A stretch of 47,599 nucleotides of DNA from Actinomycetota bacterium (GTDB taxonomy: Bacteria; Actinomycetota; Acidimicrobiia; Acidimicrobiales; JACCXE01). The stretch spans positions 1 through 47,599 of the forward strand of contig JBEEFR010000179.1 in NCBI GenBank assembly GCA_041166285.1, written 5' to 3'. Below are positions 44,968 to 47,599 of this stretch, in pieces; positions within the stretch are counted from its first letter, which is position 1; the number at the start of each line of letters is the position of its first letter. Under the pieces are notes generated by a model. It was given only the letters and a program-made list of their open reading frames with translations, made no database searches and had not been told where the DNA came from. The translations under genes were made by a program, and so were the position numbers.

Positions 44968-45444
44968 GTGCGTACAAACTTTCGGCGTGTAGCTGTAGTG
45001 GCTGCCGTGCTGGCTGCCGGCGGTTTCATCGGCGGGTCCGCTCTGGCCGGCCCGCTCGATGGTGCTGTCTCGAAGGACGGTGGTGGCCCGGTTGCGGACC
45101 CGTCACCGATAGTCACGCGAGCGGATCAGACTGCCAAGGGCGCATATTCGTTCGCCGACAAGGCGCTGGGGCTCGGCGGCGTTCGACCGGCCCCGCTTCC
45201 CGGACCGACGCCCGGCATCCGTCCGGAAGACATCGTCGACCGTGCAATTCAGACGGTGGCGGCAGGTCTCGACGATGCCGCGCAAGGTCTCGGTGGCGTG
45301 CGGGTCGGCCCACTGCCTGCACCCACGCCCGGCATCCGCCCACAGGATTCGGCCAACGGCGCGATCAGGACGACGGCCGCCACGCTCTCGCAGGCGTCGA
45401 AGACGATCAGCCAAGTTGAGGTCGGCCGCATCGGCCCGATTTAA
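44968..45444 (+). CDS. Small secreted protein with internal 39-aa duplication
   Basis: Start proposed at GTG 44968 ((M)RTNFRRVAVVAAVLAAGGFIGGSALAGP, a signal peptide) with GGGGG 8 nt upstream. The ATG at 44887 would add 27 codons including two TTA codons, which is unlikely coding in this genome. The repeat GLGGVR(P/V)xPLPxPTPGIRP(E/Q)D occurs twice. Confidence 0.6.
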   Translation: MRTNFRRVAVVAAVLAAGGFIGGSALAGPLDGAVSKDGGGPVADPSPIVTRADQTAKGAYSFADKALGLGGVRPAPLPGPTPGIRPEDIVDRAIQTVAAGLDDAAQGLGGVRVGPLPAPTPGIRPQDSANGAIRTTAATLSQASKTISQVEVGRIGPI

Positions 45445-45450
45445 GCCGAG

Positions 45451-46251
45451 CTACGTCCCCGTGAAGTTCGGGGTGCGCTTCTCGGCGAACGCCGTCGGCC
45501 CCTCTTTGGCGTCGTTGGACGCGAACACGGGCCACCCGAGTTCGAGTTCGCGGGCCAAGCCGTCGGCTTCGGTCATGCCCTCGGTTTCCCTGAGCGAGCG
45601 CAGCACCGCCTGCACCGACAGCGGTCCGTTCGCCGCGATCATGTCGGCCACCTCGCGCGCACGCGTCAACGCCTGCCCGTCGGGCACGACCTCGCCGATG
45701 AGCCCGATCGCCTTGGCCTCGGCCGCCGGTACGTGACGACCCGTCAGCAGGATCTCGGCTGCGATCGTGTACGGGATCTGCCGGCGTAGGCGGATCGTCG
45801 AGCCGCCCAGCGGGAACAGGCCGCGGCGCACTTCGGTGACGCCGAATGTCGCCGACTCGCCGGCGATGCGGATGTCGGTCGCCTGCAGCACCTCGGTCCC
45901 GCCGGCAACCGCGTAGCCCTCCACGGCGGCGATGAGCGGCTTCATCGGCCGGAAGTGGCGCAGCAATGCCTTCCAGTGCAGGTCCGAATCGGCCTGCATG
46001 CGCTCGCGCCATTCGGTCGTCTGATTCCCGTAGCCGCCCGCCATTTCCTTGAGGTCAGCGCCGCTGCAGAAATCCCCGCCGGCCCCGGTCAGGATCGCCA
46101 CCCGCACGTCGGGATCCTCGTCGATCATCTTCCAGGCGTCGTAGGCGCGCACGAGCATCTCGGTGCTGAAGGCGTTCTTGCGTTCCGGCCGATTCATGGT
46201 GACGGTGACGACGTGGCCGTCGCGATCGACGAGGAGATGCGGTTCGCTCAT
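45451..46251 (-). CDS. Enoyl-CoA hydratase/isomerase (crotonase family)
   Basis: VTVTMNRPERKNAF...ILTGAGGDFCSGADL...A.VEGYAVAGGTE are the crotonase oxyanion-hole motifs. Confidence 0.9.
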   Translation of the reverse strand: MSEPHLLVDRDGHVVTVTMNRPERKNAFSTEMLVRAYDAWKMIDEDPDVRVAILTGAGGDFCSGADLKEMAGGYGNQTTEWRERMQADSDLHWKALLRHFRPMKPLIAAVEGYAVAGGTEVLQATDIRIAGESATFGVTEVRRGLFPLGGSTIRLRRQIPYTIAAEILLTGRHVPAAEAKAIGLIGEVVPDGQALTRAREVADMIAANGPLSVQAVLRSLRETEGMTEADGLARELELGWPVFASNDAKEGPTAFAEKRTPNFTGT

Positions 46252-46270
46252 ATGGCTACGCTAAGCCAAA

Positions 46271-46288
46271 ACTAGAATCTGTTCTAGT
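46271..46288. promoter_or_regulatory. Palindromic operator resembling the KstR (TetR-family) box
   Basis: ACTAGAAtctgTTCTAGT has perfect 7-bp inverted arms. The inner 14 nt, TAGAATCTGTTCTA (46273-46286), match the KstR consensus TnnAACnnGTTnnA at 7 of 8 specified positions. It lies in the 58-bp divergent region between the enoyl-CoA hydratase and the P450. A purine-rich SD-like ggaagagga follows at 46294-46302. Confidence 0.5.
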
Positions 46289-46309
46289 GAGACGGAAGAG
46301 GACGGGCGC

Positions 46310-47539
46310 ATGCAGCTGAGCGACATCAACCTGGTCGACCCGGACATTTTCGTACAGGGCGTTCCCCACGATCAGTTCACGTTCCTGCGACGTGAGGCGC
46401 CGGTGTTCTGGCACGAAGACGTGCACGGCGGGTTCTGGGCGCTCACGAAACACGACGACGTCGTGCACGCCAACCGCGACTCGAAGTTGTTCTCGTCGTA
46501 CGAACGCAGCGCGCTCTACAACGTCGAAGATCCCGAAGCGATCGCGCAGGTTCGGTTGATGATGCTCAACCTCGACCCGCCCGACCACACGAAGTTGCGC
46601 CTCATCGTCAACCGCGGCTTCACGCCGCGACGCATCAAGGAATTGCAGCAATCCCTGATCGACCGCTCGCGCGGCATCGTCGACGAGATCGCGGAGCGGG
46701 GCGAGTGCGACTTCGTCACCGACGTGGCCTGCGAGTTGCCGCTGCAGGCCATCGCCGACCTCATCGGCATCCCGCAGGAGGACCGGCACAAGGTTTTCGA
46801 CTGGAGCAACCGCCTCGTCGGCGCCGAGGACCCAGAGTTCCAGAACAGCGCGGCCGACGCGCAGAACGCCGCCATCGAACTGTTCCTGTACGCGCAAGAC
46901 CTCGCGAACGATCGCCGCAAGAACCCGCGCGATGACATCGTCACCGATCTCATCAACGCCGAAGTGAACGGCGAAGCGCTCGACGACATGGAGTTCAACA
47001 GCTTCTTCATGCTGCTCGCGGTGGCCGGCAACGAGACGACGCGCAACGCCATCTCGCACTCGATGCTGGCGTTGATGGAGCACCCCGACCAGCGACAGCT
47101 CCTGGTCGACGATCCGTCGCTGCTCGACGGCGCCATCGAGGAGTTCTTGCGGTGGGCAACCCCCGTCATGCACTTCAAGCGCACCGCCATGCAGGACACG
47201 GTGATGCGCGGGCAACAGATCAAGGCGGGCGACCGCGTGATGATGTGGTACTCGTCGGCGAATCGCGACGAGGAAGTGTTCGACGATCCGTTCACGTTCA
47301 ACGTCCGCCGCGACCCGAACCTGCACACGCTGCATTCGGCGTTCGGCGGCGGCGGCGCGCACTTCTGTCTCGGCGCGAACCTCGCCCGCGCCGAGATGAA
47401 GGTGATCTTCGACGAACTGCTGCGCCGCATCCCCGACATGCAGCTGGCCGGCGATCCCGCGCGGTTGCGTTCGAACTTCATCAACGGGCTCAAGCACCTT
47501 CCGGTGCAGTTCACGCCGGTGGCGCGCAGCGATGCCTGA
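46310..47539 (+). CDS. Cytochrome P450 (CYP125/CYP142/CYP124-like)
   Basis: I-helix LLAVAGNETTRN, the ExxR region EEFLRWATP, and heme-binding FGGGGAHFCLGANLAR. Confidence 0.9.
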   Translation: MQLSDINLVDPDIFVQGVPHDQFTFLRREAPVFWHEDVHGGFWALTKHDDVVHANRDSKLFSSYERSALYNVEDPEAIAQVRLMMLNLDPPDHTKLRLIVNRGFTPRRIKELQQSLIDRSRGIVDEIAERGECDFVTDVACELPLQAIADLIGIPQEDRHKVFDWSNRLVGAEDPEFQNSAADAQNAAIELFLYAQDLANDRRKNPRDDIVTDLINAEVNGEALDDMEFNSFFMLLAVAGNETTRNAISHSMLALMEHPDQRQLLVDDPSLLDGAIEEFLRWATPVMHFKRTAMQDTVMRGQQIKAGDRVMMWYSSANRDEEVFDDPFTFNVRRDPNLHTLHSAFGGGGAHFCLGANLARAEMKVIFDELLRRIPDMQLAGDPARLRSNFINGLKHLPVQFTPVARSDA

Positions 47540-47599
47540 GGCTTACATCGTCGACGCGGTCCGTACGCCGGTCGGCAAGCGCGGCGGCGGGCTGTCGCA
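47532..47599 (+). CDS. Thiolase (acetyl-CoA acetyltransferase family), N-terminal fragment; continues beyond the window
   Basis: Own translation from ATG 47532: MPEAYIVDAVRTPVGKRGGGLS, a canonical thiolase N-terminus. It overlaps the P450 3' end by 8 nt. Confidence 0.75.
   Translation, partial: MPEAYIVDAVRTPVGKRGGGLS

Noticed and set aside
46256-47497. 413-aa minus-strand ORF.
   Set aside because: It is antisense to the P450, which has an unmistakable heme loop. The same reasoning applies to 16839..17870, 36015..37106, 481..1647, 10965..11727 and similar track entries.

Overview
Gene-dense, visibly high-GC (not computed) chromosomal segment of actinobacterial type. I support about 48 protein genes. 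By eye there is no rRNA, tRNA, CRISPR array, integrase or transposase. Intergenic gaps are almost all under 100 bp, and many genes are joined by ATGA, GTGA, TTGA or TGATG stop-start overlaps. Three convergent gene pairs overlap at their 3' ends. Most long extra ORFs in the six-frame track are antisense or out-of-frame artefacts of GC-rich DNA. Several track ORFs are composites whose real start lies well inside them.

Modules:
1. 1-11.7 kb: cell-envelope glycopolymer locus. It holds a GalE-like epimerase, a sugar-1-P nucleotidyltransferase, three GT2 enzymes, UDP-xylose synthase, UDP-glucose dehydrogenase, rmlD-rmlB-rmlA (no rmlC) and an LCP ligase.
2. 11.7-19.1 kb: orphan clpP, acyl-CoA dehydrogenase, pabB-pabC, birA divergent from a biotin carboxylase/BCCP gene, and an M20 amidohydrolase.
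3. 19.1-21.9 kb: methyltransferase-like gene, secreted PGRP-type amidase, and a lipoprotein metallophosphoesterase that needs a CTG start.
4. 21.8-28.8 kb: LpdA-like flavoprotein, methylmalonyl-CoA mutase large subunit, a PA14-like surface protein with Thr-rich tandem repeats, and korAB.
5. 28.8-34.3 kb: DJ-1/PfpI, a DUF559/AbiEi-like gene bracketed by 48-bp direct repeats, rhodanese-ThiF, Usp, nitroreductase, sirtuin and a lipoprotein.
6. 34.4-47.6 kb: unknown secreted protein, an APH-like kinase/FadD/unknown operon, PadR plus a membrane protein, a translationally coupled pair of cyclase-NB-ARC (STAND) paralogues, a small repeat protein, an enoyl-CoA hydratase, a KstR-like operator, a CYP125/142-like P450 and the start of a thiolase gene.

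The most unusual items are the cyclase-STAND pair, the repeat-bracketed DUF559 cassette, and the CTG-initiated lipoprotein. All family assignments come from reading motifs by eye. No database search was run.
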